64,000 nt of DNA from an uncultured Bacteroidales bacterium (GTDB lineage Bacteria > Bacteroidota > Bacteroidia > Bacteroidales > Paludibacteraceae), in contig CAMHKW010000006.1 in assembly GCA_946185835.1 (NCBI GenBank), forward strand, positions 3,868-67,867, given 5' to 3'. Below are positions 25,683-34,417 of this stretch, piece by piece (the stretch's first letter is position 1; each line of letters starts with the position of its first letter). Position numbers and translations under genes: made by a program. Below the pieces are notes generated by a model that made no database searches, was not told the DNA's origin, and saw only the letters and a program-made list of their open reading frames with translations.

Positions 25683-26633
25683 TTAATATACTAACTTGAC
25701 GTTGTCGACCCAGAGGGTATTACCCACATGTCCGGAGAAAGCCTCGCAGCTACTCGAGCAGAACGAGAGGATCATGTGTGTGGGTGTCTCTCCCGGCTTT
25801 GCCCATCCTTCTTCTATTATAGGTACTATCTTACCTTTGGAGTTCATGGCACGCATCTGCTTGCCGAGTCCCATATAACTTTTGTAATCGGGGTCTTTGG
25901 TGATGTCGCCGTATTTGATGGTCACCTGATGGTTGTTAACCCACTCTTTCTGCGTCTTCGAGAATCGTTCGAAGCCTGTTCCTACTCTGAGTGCGTGTAT
26001 GTTGCCATCGGCATCTTCCCATCGTTTTTGCAGTAGCAGGAAGGCGGCGCACTCGTCGTGTCCGGTTTGTGTCTTTACCGAACTGCCGCTTGCCATCGTG
26101 TAAGTGTTCTCAGGGCTTACCGTAGCCTTGTAGTCGAACATAAACGCTGTCGGTCGGCGCGTGAAGGGTATTCCGTAGTCAATATTCTGATACGGGTCGT
26201 CAGCCGAACGTATAGGTTCTATCGTCCGCCCGGTGAACACCGAGCCGCCTGCTACCACCGTCATGTTGATGACACCTAAGGCTTTCACTTTCTCGAGCGT
26301 CACGTCCATGCGGGCGCAGTATCCGTTGCCGCGCTTCTCGGGCACTACCGACCCCGATGCTTTCTTCACGCCTGCCACTACAGCGTAGGCGCTGCTCACC
26401 GTCCACGGATTGCCGTTCTTGCCATAGACGAAGGGTTTGTTTTCGCGTATCGTATCTTTCGGTCCGACGGCATAGATGGTATGCATCTGTCCGCCTATGA
26501 TGCCCGATTCTTTTATCTCGCGGACTACCCACGAGTCGAAATCGCCGAACTTAACGGGTTCGATGGTCTGTGCCGATGCCGTCATCGCGATGGCTGCTAA
26601 GGCAACAATACCTAATAAACTTCTTTGTTTCAT
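25683..26633 (-). CDS. secreted PCMD-like (putative carbohydrate metabolism domain) protein
   Basis: Signal peptide ...MTASAQ and FGDFDSW near the N-terminus. Its stop lies 1 nt from the GT2 start, so an operon is likely. The family call is from memory. Confidence 0.45.
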   Translation of the reverse strand: MKQRSLLGIVALAAIAMTASAQTIEPVKFGDFDSWVVREIKESGIIGGQMHTIYAVGPKDTIRENKPFVYGKNGNPWTVSSAYAVVAGVKKASGSVVPEKRGNGYCARMDVTLEKVKALGVINMTVVAGGSVFTGRTIEPIRSADDPYQNIDYGIPFTRRPTAFMFDYKATVSPENTYTMASGSSVKTQTGHDECAAFLLLQKRWEDADGNIHALRVGTGFERFSKTQKEWVNNHQVTIKYGDITKDPDYKSYMGLGKQMRAMNSKGKIVPIIEEGWAKPGETPTHMILSFCSSSCEAFSGHVGNTLWVDNVKLVY

Positions 26634-26676
26634 ATTTTTAGACTGATATAATTATTATCGCATATCATACAGCATG

Positions 26677-26706
26677 CAAAGATACAAAAATTTTGCCAAA
26701 CTCAAA
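26677..26706 (-). promoter_or_regulatory. Bacteroides-type promoter for the PCMD-GT2 operon
   Basis: Minus strand TTTG-N18-TAtcTTTG (the + strand shows CAAAGATA at 26677-26684). Confidence 0.45.
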
Positions 26707-26743
26707 AAAATAATCGTCACTTCGGGCAAATAGGCATTTTTAG

Positions 26744-26775
26744 GTTGTATAATTCGGGAAAAACTCGTAACTTTG
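26744..26775 (+). promoter_or_regulatory. Bacteroides-type promoter for prs
   Basis: gTTG(26744-26747)-N20-TAacTTTG(26768-26775). Confidence 0.6.
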
Positions 26776-26842
26776 CAGACTGAAACGGGAGTATCGGTGC
26801 GGCTGTTGCCGCGCTTGATATTAAGTCTTTCAAAATAAAGTT

Positions 26843-27805
26843 ATGATAACCAATCAGCCCTATCCTTTTAAGGTGTTTGCGGGTAGTACCGGTACTACCA
26901 TCGCACAGCGTATATGTTCGCATCTCGGTTGCGAATTAGGTAAGATTAACATTCAGCATTTCTCGGATGGCGAGTACTGCGTGAGTTTCGAAGAGACGGT
27001 GCGCGGTCATGCCGTCTACTTGGTGCAGTCGACATGTCCGTCGGCTGACAACCTGATGGAACTTTTGCTGATGATAGATGCAGCTCGTCGTGCGAGTGCA
27101 TACAAGGTCATTGCCGTGACACCCTATTTCGGTTGGGCGCGTCAGGACCGCAAAGACAAGCCTCGCGTAAGTATAGCAGCCAAGCTTGTAGCCAACATGC
27201 TGCAGGTAGCGGGTGCCGACCGCGTCATCACCATCGACCTTCATGCCGAGCAGATACAAGGATTCTTCGACATCCCTGTCGACCACCTCTACGGAGCCGA
27301 GGTGCTTGCCACCTACGTAGAGGGTCTGAAGCTCGAGAACCTGCTTATCGCCTCGCCCGACATCGGAGGCTCGAAGCGTGCGGCGTCGTTCGTAAAACGT
27401 ATCGCCTCGCATACCCACCACGACGTGCCCATGGTGATTTGCTATAAGAACCGTCAGAAAGCCAACAAAGTGAGTGAGCTTCGCGTGCTCGGTAAGGTAA
27501 AAGGTATGGATGTGGTCATCATTGACGACATAGCCGACACGGCAGGCACGCTGTGTAAAGCAGCCAAGGTGATGAAACGCAAGGGAGCACGCTCGGTAAG
27601 GGCGATAGTGAGTCATGGTGTGATGTCGGGCAACGCCTGCCAGAAAGTGATGGACTCCGAGCTTGAGGAGCTGGTATTCACCGACACCTTGAATTTCGAC
27701 ACCAAGAAATGCCCGAAGGTGAAGATAGTGAGCGTGGCGAAAGCTTTTGCCGATACCATCATGGCGATACAAGAACACCGCTCGATAAGTGAAATCAATG
27801 TATAG
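26843..27805 (+). CDS. prs: ribose-phosphate pyrophosphokinase
   Basis: FSDGE, TPYFGWARQDRK, DLHAEQIQGFF, and the PRPP loop VVIIDDIADTAGT. Confidence 0.95.
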   Translation: MITNQPYPFKVFAGSTGTTIAQRICSHLGCELGKINIQHFSDGEYCVSFEETVRGHAVYLVQSTCPSADNLMELLLMIDAARRASAYKVIAVTPYFGWARQDRKDKPRVSIAAKLVANMLQVAGADRVITIDLHAEQIQGFFDIPVDHLYGAEVLATYVEGLKLENLLIASPDIGGSKRAASFVKRIASHTHHDVPMVICYKNRQKANKVSELRVLGKVKGMDVVIIDDIADTAGTLCKAAKVMKRKGARSVRAIVSHGVMSGNACQKVMDSELEELVFTDTLNFDTKKCPKVKIVSVAKAFADTIMAIQEHRSISEINV

Positions 27806-27832
27806 GGCACATCTAAAAATTTCACGTTTTGT

Positions 27833-28822
27833 ATGCGTAAGTGTTTCGTTTTTTGCATTGCTTTGTGTCTGTCGCTTTCAGCATGTACTTCACACCCCAC
27901 CCCGCAGAACTCGCCTATTGTTGCCGCATCGTTTAGTGCCGACTCGGCATATTCGTATATAGCCGAGCAGGTGCGTTTTGGAGCTCGTGTGCCGGGTAGT
28001 GAGGCACATGAGATGTGCGCCTACTACCTATGCGAGCGCTTGCGCGACTTCGGTGCCGTTGTCGAGATAGAGCAAGGTTCACTGCCCAACTACGAGGGTA
28101 AGTCGCAACAGATATTCAACATAGTAGCCCGTATGGGAGACGTGGCAGCCGATAGCACCGGACGCCGAACCAAGATACTGCTTTGTGCACATTGGGACTG
28201 CCGTCCGTGGGCTGACCAGGAAGACGACTACGACAAGCGTTTCACCCCCGTGACAGGCGCCAACGATGGCGCATCGGGTGTAGGTGTGCTGCTTGAGATA
28301 GCTCGACAGATAAGCCTGATGCCGGAGGAGCGCCGACCGCGTGTCGACATCGTCTTGTTCGACTGCGAAGACATGGGCACCCCCACTTTCTTTACCGGCA
28401 AAGAGCGAGAGAACACATGGTGCTTGGGCAGTCAGCTGTGGGCGAAACGGCATCTGAGCGAGGCAGCTACATATAAGTATGGCATCTTGCTCGACATGAT
28501 AGGTTCACCCGATGCCACCTTCTACAAAGAGTATGTGTCTATGCAGTTCGCACCCGAACAGGTCAACCGCGTATGGAACACCGCCTCTAAGTTAGGATAT
28601 GCAGCGTACTTCAAGAACGAGCTGTCGTATCCTATCACCGACGACCACTATTATATCAACACCATAGCAGGCATACCCTGCATCGACATCATACACTACG
28701 ACCCGCATAACGAAAACGGTTTCGCGCACTATTGGCACACACAGACCGACGACATGCGCAACATAGCACGCGAGAGCCTCGACGCCGTCGGGAAGACAGT
28801 GCTCACAGCGATACAAAAATAA
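27833..28822 (+). CDS. M28-fold peptidase / glutaminyl-peptide cyclotransferase-like lipoprotein
   Basis: Lipobox LSLSAC, plus LLCAHWDCRPWAD, GANDGASGVGVLLE and FDCEDMG, typical of M28/QC enzymes. Confidence 0.7.
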   Translation: MRKCFVFCIALCLSLSACTSHPTPQNSPIVAASFSADSAYSYIAEQVRFGARVPGSEAHEMCAYYLCERLRDFGAVVEIEQGSLPNYEGKSQQIFNIVARMGDVAADSTGRRTKILLCAHWDCRPWADQEDDYDKRFTPVTGANDGASGVGVLLEIARQISLMPEERRPRVDIVLFDCEDMGTPTFFTGKERENTWCLGSQLWAKRHLSEAATYKYGILLDMIGSPDATFYKEYVSMQFAPEQVNRVWNTASKLGYAAYFKNELSYPITDDHYYINTIAGIPCIDIIHYDPHNENGFAHYWHTQTDDMRNIARESLDAVGKTVLTAIQK

Positions 28823-28847
28823 TAAACAAAGCTAACAGAACCACTCC

Positions 28848-28925
28848 CGCCAACTGCAAACTGGCGCGCCCGTCAGCACGAGTTCGGAGATTTACGCCAA
28901 CTGCAAAGTGGCATACCCGTCAGCA
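28848..28925 (+). repeat. two 31-nt direct repeats upstream of sufC
   Basis: CGCCAACTGCAAA[C/G]TGGC[GCG/ATA]CCCGTCAGCA at 28848-28878 and 28895-28925 (27/31 identical). Confidence 0.85.
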
Positions 28926-28949
28926 GACGATGTGATAAACAACAATTTT

Positions 28950-29693
28950 ATGTTACAGATAAAAGACTTACATGCCTCGATAGCAGGCAAAGAGATACTC
29001 AAGGGCGTCAACCTCGAGGTGCATGCAGGCGAGGTACACGCCATCATGGGTCCTAACGGAGCCGGCAAGTCGACGCTCAGTGCGGTGCTTACCGGTCATC
29101 CTTCGTATACAGTGACGAGCGGCAGCGTCGTCTTCCGCGGCAAGGACCTGCTGCAGATGCCACCAGAGATACGCGCACGCGAAGGTGTGTTTCTGAGTTT
29201 TCAGTATCCGGTGGAGATACCGGGCGTGAGCATGACTAACTTCATGCGCACCGCCGTCAACAGCAAACGCGAATACGAAGGCAAGGAGCCGCTGTCGGCA
29301 ACCGACTTCTTACGACTGATGCGCGAGAAGAAGCAGCTTGTCGAACTCGACTCGAAACTCACTAACCGCTCTGTCAACGAGGGGTTCTCGGGCGGCGAGA
29401 AGAAACGTAACGAGATCTTCCAGATGGCAATGCTCGACCCCGTGCTGAGCATCCTCGACGAGACTGACTCCGGACTCGACATCGACGCCCTGCGTATCGT
29501 GGCGTCGGGCGTCAACAAGCTTCGCACCGCCGACAACGCCTCTATCGTCATCACACACTACCAGAGGCTATTAGATTATATTGTGCCCGACTTCGTGCAT
29601 GTGCTTGCCGATGGCAAGATCATACTCACCGGCGGCAAAGAGCTCGCCCTCGAACTCGAAGAGAAAGGCTACGACTGGTTGACAAAGAAATAA
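28950..29693 (+). CDS. sufC: Fe-S cluster assembly ATPase SufC
   Basis: ATG at 28950 (MLQIKDLH). Walker [10 protein letters not shown], signature FSGGEKKR, Walker [11 protein letters not shown]. The tracked ORF starts at an upstream GTG. Confidence 0.9.
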   Translation: MLQIKDLHASIAGKEILKGVNLEVHAGEVHAIMGPNGAGKSTLSAVLTGHPSYTVTSGSVVFRGKDLLQMPPEIRAREGVFLSFQYPVEIPGVSMTNFMRTAVNSKREYEGKEPLSATDFLRLMREKKQLVELDSKLTNRSVNEGFSGGEKKRNEIFQMAMLDPVLSILDETDSGLDIDALRIVASGVNKLRTADNASIVITHYQRLLDYIVPDFVHVLADGKIILTGGKELALELEEKGYDWLTKK

Positions 29694-29706
29694 GGGTGCA
29701 GCGAAG

Positions 29707-30342
29707 ATGACAGAGAGAATACAGATATCAGCAGGTGAGAGTCGGCATCTGGTATTGTTCAACCCCCACGATGCGTCGATAGACATAGTCATCGAACGTG
29801 ATGCTCGTCTGATAGTACATATCGTCAGCACCGACGGTGTCGACTCCGACAACGAGATACACGTGAGCTTCACGGGCAAAGGTTCCGAAGCCGAGTTCTA
29901 TGGTTTTGCCCTTACCCGCGGCACTCAGCAGCTGCGTATTGCCACACATGTCGACCACGAGGTGGGCGAGTGCAAGAGCCGGCAGCTGTTCAAGTACCTC
30001 GTTGCCGAACGTTCTAAGGCATCGTTTTATGGTCTGCTGCGCGTAGCACCCGACGCACAGCACACCGATGCAGCCCAGACCAATCGTAACATCCTGCTAT
30101 CGTCGGATGCCAAGATGCACACCGAGCCGCAACTCGAGATATATGCCGACGACGTCAAGTGCAGTCATGGTGCCACCACCGGTCAGCTCGACGAGTCTGC
30201 CCTGTTCTATATGCAACAACGTTGTCTGTCGGCTCAGACGGCACGCGCCATGCTACTCGAGGCTTTTGTGGAAGACGTCATCGAAGGTCTCGACGAGCAA
30301 CAATACCGAAAAGTGAAACAGAGCATACACCAAGCGCTCTGA
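29707..30342 (+). CDS. sufD: SufD-like protein, half-length (beta-helix plus C-terminal helices only)
   Basis: 211 aa. PQLEIYADDVKCSHGATTGQLDESALFYMQQR matches the conserved SufD C-terminal region. There is no room for an N-terminal domain because sufC ends at 29693. Confidence 0.75.
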   Translation: MTERIQISAGESRHLVLFNPHDASIDIVIERDARLIVHIVSTDGVDSDNEIHVSFTGKGSEAEFYGFALTRGTQQLRIATHVDHEVGECKSRQLFKYLVAERSKASFYGLLRVAPDAQHTDAAQTNRNILLSSDAKMHTEPQLEIYADDVKCSHGATTGQLDESALFYMQQRCLSAQTARAMLLEAFVEDVIEGLDEQQYRKVKQSIHQAL

Positions 30343-30371
30343 CATAACAACAAACCTATACCCTTACACTA

Positions 30372-31994
30372 ATGGTTGAGCTATATCTACTTGTCCTTTC
30401 AATACTTTTCATTGCGAGTATCTTCGCCGATAAGATAGGCAGCAAGTTCGGTGTACCGGCATTGCTGCTGTTTTTAGTTGTAGGCATGCTGTTCGGTAGC
30501 GACGGTTTGGGCGTACGCTTCCACGACATCAGCTTAGCGCAAGCAATAGGCACATGCGCCTTGTGCGTCATCTTGTTTTCCGGCGGTATGGACACTAAGT
30601 TCGAGACTATCCGTCCCGTCTTAGGTCCCGGTATCACCCTTGCTACTATAGGCGTAGTGGTGATGGGTGCGCTGACGGGCATCACGTGGTGGCTGCTTGG
30701 TAAGACGCCCATGCTGGCACCTGTAGCATTGCCGGTGTGCTTGCTGATAGGCGCTACGATGTCGTCGACCGACTCGGCATCGGTATTCAGCATCTTACGC
30801 AGCAAAGGTATCAACCTCAAATACAACCTCAAGCCTATGCTTGAGCTTGAGAGCGGCAGTAACGACCCGGTAGCATATATCCTGACCACCACCATGATTG
30901 GGATAATGAACTCGCAAGTAGAGGTGTCGGTAGTAGGCATTATCTTTACTATACTGGTGCAGATCATAGTGGGCGGACTGCTTGGTTTTGTGCTTGGCAA
31001 CGGACTGGTATGGTTTGTCAATAAGATATCTATCGACAACCGCTCGCTGTATCAGATTTTGGTGTTTGCCAGTTGTATCTTCATCTTCTCAGCCACTTAT
31101 TTCCTACAAGGTAATCCGTATTTAGCAGTGTATATAGGCGGTTTGATGTTTGGCAATGCCAAGTTCCCTCACAAGAGCTCGACCATGGCGTTTTTCGACG
31201 GCATCGGTTGGCTGTGTCAACTTATCATGTTCCTAACGCTGGGCTTGCTGGTCGACCCGAGCGATATGATACGCACGTCGGTATGGCTCCCTGCCATCAT
31301 CATCAGTTTCATCATGATCTTCATAGCCCGCCCGCTTACCGTGTTTGCGTGCCTGCTGCCATGGCGCAAGTCGATACCCGTGAAGGGCAGGCTGTTCGTG
31401 TCGTGGGTGGGGCTGCGCGGAGCGTCACCTATCATCTTCGCTATCTTGTCGGTAGCAGCCGGGGTAGATGGAGGAAGCGAGATTTTCAATATCGTATTCT
31501 TCTGCACCTTGATTTCTCTACTCTTGCAGGGCACGTCGATTCCATATATGGCGCGCCGGATGGAGGTAGACCTTCCGCCTGAGAAGAGACATAACATCAG
31601 TGCTCGCGACAATGTCGACATGATGGACGAGGTGCGGTCGGTCTCGACCGAGATCACCATCACCGAGCGCATGGTGCAGGGCAGCAACCTACTGATGGAC
31701 TTAGGTCTGCCCTCCGAGACCTTGGCTATCTTGATACGTCGTCCGCGGCGCTTGAAGAAAGGTGAGGTGCTGTTTGTGCCGTCGGGCAAGACGGAGTTGC
31801 GTGTTGGCGACCGTCTGCTCGTGATTGGCAACGACAGGTCCACACTCGACCACCTCGACGAATACATAGCCTCACAGGCAGAACAACGAACGATGAAGTT
31901 CTCGCCTGTCGTTCATAAGATTATGGAATACTGCAAGCAGAAAAGTATGGCGCTACTCACCCGCTATCGTCAGCACGACTCAAGTAACAATTAG
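30372..31994 (+). CDS. K+/H+ (cation:proton) antiporter, NhaP2/CvrA-like with C-terminal TrkA-C domain
   Basis: 540 aa with about 12 TM helices and a soluble C-terminal domain (LRVGDRLLVIGN). Confidence 0.8.
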   Translation: MVELYLLVLSILFIASIFADKIGSKFGVPALLLFLVVGMLFGSDGLGVRFHDISLAQAIGTCALCVILFSGGMDTKFETIRPVLGPGITLATIGVVVMGALTGITWWLLGKTPMLAPVALPVCLLIGATMSSTDSASVFSILRSKGINLKYNLKPMLELESGSNDPVAYILTTTMIGIMNSQVEVSVVGIIFTILVQIIVGGLLGFVLGNGLVWFVNKISIDNRSLYQILVFASCIFIFSATYFLQGNPYLAVYIGGLMFGNAKFPHKSSTMAFFDGIGWLCQLIMFLTLGLLVDPSDMIRTSVWLPAIIISFIMIFIARPLTVFACLLPWRKSIPVKGRLFVSWVGLRGASPIIFAILSVAAGVDGGSEIFNIVFFCTLISLLLQGTSIPYMARRMEVDLPPEKRHNISARDNVDMMDEVRSVSTEITITERMVQGSNLLMDLGLPSETLAILIRRPRRLKKGEVLFVPSGKTELRVGDRLLVIGNDRSTLDHLDEYIASQAEQRTMKFSPVVHKIMEYCKQKSMALLTRYRQHDSSNN

Positions 31995-32045
31995 CCACGC
32001 CGCACAAAACAGGAAAGTAGAAACAGCCCTGCAAGCACAAAACAA

Positions 32046-32091
32046 AATCTGCTTCTATCTTGCATACTACAGATAGAAGCAGATTCTTTTT
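32046..32091. terminator. bidirectional rho-independent terminator
   Basis: AATCTGCTTCTATCT-loop-AGATAGAAGCAGATT has a 15-bp stem. It is flanked by an A-run on the left and CTTTTT on the right, and lies between convergent genes. Confidence 0.75.
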
Positions 32092-32104
32092 ACGTTTATC
32101 GTTT

Positions 32105-33610
32105 TTAGAAGAGGTATCCGATGTTGATGTAGAAGTTATCCCACTGCGAGTAGTTGTCTTGCTTTGAGAAGGGCACAGCCCAGTCGACCGAGAGAATGAA
32201 GTTCTCGTTCATTGCCGCCTTCAATCCCAAACCTGCCGACATGTGCGGCATATATGGTTGCTTGCTGTCGAAGCGGAAGTAGTCGTCGATATTATCACCG
32301 GTAGCGATTACAGCTTGTGCCAAAGTCTTGCCTGTGCTTTCTATCACTTTGTCAGCCGAGACATCGTATGGCTGCGTGAGCACACCAATATCGAAGAAAG
32401 GTGTGAGTCCGAGGTAGAAGTGTTGCCGTCCGATATCGAATCGCCAGAGGATTGCTCTAAGTTCGATATTGGCAAATATAAAGCCATTACCTATTATTCT
32501 GTTTCTGAGCGCGCCTCTCAGCGATGAGCCACCGCCCAGAGCTTCGTACATAGTACGTTGCTGATACAGCACGTTCATTATCGAAGTGGCATAGAAGGGT
32601 TGTTTGCCTGCCACCACGTTCTGTCCGCCTATACGATAGGCAAAACTCAGGTACTTAGGATAGAGCGTCACGTAATGGCGGAAGTTATAGTTGAGGATGA
32701 GGTTGTTATATGGAGCAAGGTCGCCGAAGGCTGCGTTATAAGTAAAGAACACATCGGCGTGAATACCTTTTGCGGGGTTGGCCACCTGGTCGCGCGAGTC
32801 ATATACGACACCTGCACGCATGTATGGGTGCACACCGCCTTTTTTGAGCACGGGGTCGAGCAGTCCCCACTGCATGTACTTGTCGACCAATCCGTCGACC
32901 TCGGGGTACTTATCGCCCTCTTTGCGGAAGTTATTGAGGAACTTAAGGTTCAGGTCACCCACGTCGAACCAGTAGAGTCCGAGGCCTGCCGTCCAGCGCC
33001 ATTTGCCGCTTATCTCGCCATCGATGTCGGCCATGAAGCGCAGTATATTACGTCTGTATTTGTAAAATAACCGTGTTCGTTTTTGCACTTCGTCGTTGAC
33101 GAGCCATCCGTCTTTTTCGGAGTGAAGGACCGACTGATAACCATTGTAGCCGAAGAAGTCGCACATAGCATCAAGCAGATAACTCAGGTCTGCCTTAAAG
33201 CCGTGGTTAGGAATGAGGTAGTTGCTGTTGTAGTTGATGGTGAAGATACCCGACTGGCGGAGAAAATAGGATGCTTCCACATAAAAGCCGTGATAGTAGT
33301 TGGGGTAAATCTTTCCATCACCGAAATTGTAGATATTACCGAGCACTCCGAGTTGGAGGGAGAGGTCGTTGTCGTAAGAGCCGAAAGGCAGTACTCCGAA
33401 GTTCCAGCCGGTTTTGACCTGGTCTTCATCATCCTTCTCTTTTTTAGCTTTTTTAGCTTTTTTGGCCTTTTTAGTGTCTTTCTGCCGTACAGAATCCACC
33501 GATGCAGATGTAGTGTCAGTCGGAGCCATCACCGACGAAGCTTCCTGAGCCGATGCCACGACAAACATGCAAGTAAGAGCTAAAACTGTTGTTAGTTGAC
33601 GTCTGAACAT
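32105..33610 (-). CDS. Omp85/bacterial surface antigen family outer-membrane protein
   Basis: Signal peptide, Lys-rich linker (KKAKKAKKAKKEK), GGGSSLRGAL...ANIELR, and terminal GYLF. Confidence 0.55.
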   Translation of the reverse strand: MFRRQLTTVLALTCMFVVASAQEASSVMAPTDTTSASVDSVRQKDTKKAKKAKKAKKEKDDEDQVKTGWNFGVLPFGSYDNDLSLQLGVLGNIYNFGDGKIYPNYYHGFYVEASYFLRQSGIFTINYNSNYLIPNHGFKADLSYLLDAMCDFFGYNGYQSVLHSEKDGWLVNDEVQKRTRLFYKYRRNILRFMADIDGEISGKWRWTAGLGLYWFDVGDLNLKFLNNFRKEGDKYPEVDGLVDKYMQWGLLDPVLKKGGVHPYMRAGVVYDSRDQVANPAKGIHADVFFTYNAAFGDLAPYNNLILNYNFRHYVTLYPKYLSFAYRIGGQNVVAGKQPFYATSIMNVLYQQRTMYEALGGGSSLRGALRNRIIGNGFIFANIELRAILWRFDIGRQHFYLGLTPFFDIGVLTQPYDVSADKVIESTGKTLAQAVIATGDNIDDYFRFDSKQPYMPHMSAGLGLKAAMNENFILSVDWAVPFSKQDNYSQWDNFYINIGYLF

Positions 33611-33616
33611 AGTGTT

Positions 33617-34417
33617 TTAGTTTATGTTACTAAGTATATAGTTGGTTATCTGTTGGTATATCTCTCTTTCGCTGCCATTGAGCAGTTCGAGTTGTTGGTT
33701 GATTATGTTGTAGTCTCGTCTGGCAGCAGGTCCTGTTTGTGCTTGTGGTGGTTGCATGCTATGTACTTTAGCAGCTGTGAGGTCGATGAGTGGTAGCAGC
33801 ACCGAGAATGGGATGTTGGCTTTCTGCATCCGCTTAAAAGCGATGCAGTACATGGCGTTGACGAAGTTATTGGCAAACACTCCTGCTATATGCAGCTGCT
33901 GTCGGTGCTCGCCGTCGACCCGATATACGTAATCGGAGAGTCGGTGCGCCAGTTCTTCCACCGTTGCCAATGTTGCTTTGTCGGTCGCCTCGACGAGGAT
34001 AGGCACTTTTTCCATACTTACCCTTTGAGCACGCGAGAAGGTCTGAAACGGGTAGAAGACAGCGCAGTGCTCGAACTTGTCGCTTAGCACTTCTATCCCA
34101 ACCGAGCCTGAGGTATGCAGGTGTATCGCTTGCGGTGGCACGGGTTGCATCGCCACCTGCTCGATGACCTCTGTCAGGGCGTTGTCGGCAATGGCATACA
34201 GATAGAGGTCGGCTTGGCAGTCGAGTTTGCTAATATCAGTGATAGCTTCTAAGTTGGCATTGCAGGTGTTGCTTTCGAGTTTTTCCAAAACAGACGCAAG
34301 TCTTTTAGCGGACTGTAGTGTTCCGCTAAAGACTTGCGATATCTCGATTCCTGCTTCAACCAAAGCCGGTGCCAACGAGGTGGCGAGGTTGCCGGCACCT
34401 ATCATTACAGCTTTCAT
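33617..34417 (-). CDS. Rossmann-fold plus DUF2520 domain protein
   Basis: MKAVMIGAGNLATSL dinucleotide-binding start. The 266-aa length and layout fit DUF2520 proteins. Confidence 0.65.
   Translation of the reverse strand: MKAVMIGAGNLATSLAPALVEAGIEISQVFSGTLQSAKRLASVLEKLESNTCNANLEAITDISKLDCQADLYLYAIADNALTEVIEQVAMQPVPPQAIHLHTSGSVGIEVLSDKFEHCAVFYPFQTFSRAQRVSMEKVPILVEATDKATLATVEELAHRLSDYVYRVDGEHRQQLHIAGVFANNFVNAMYCIAFKRMQKANIPFSVLLPLIDLTAAKVHSMQPPQAQTGPAARRDYNIINQQLELLNGSEREIYQQITNYILSNIN

Noticed and set aside
26936-27778. Long antisense or alternative-frame ORFs inside confident genes, for example 26936-27778 (prs), 16543-17112 (DPP3), 30356-31039 and 31217-31867 (antiporter), 41694-42392 (pdxB), 48168-48809 (receptor), 52622-53254 (CMD-cupin) and 46371-46925 (DUF362).
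   Set aside because: Their products are Arg/Ser/His/Val-rich and low in complexity with no motifs. Such ORFs are typical by-products of codon bias opposite real genes, while the overlapped genes have strong family signatures.
28903-28925. Sigma-54 -24/-12-like promoter in the sufC upstream repeats (TGGCATACCCGTCAGCA and TGGCGCGCCCGTCAGCA).
   Set aside because: The GG-to-GC spacing is one nucleotide too long and the -12 element reads CAGCA rather than TTGCW. Sigma-54 promoters tolerate almost no spacing change.
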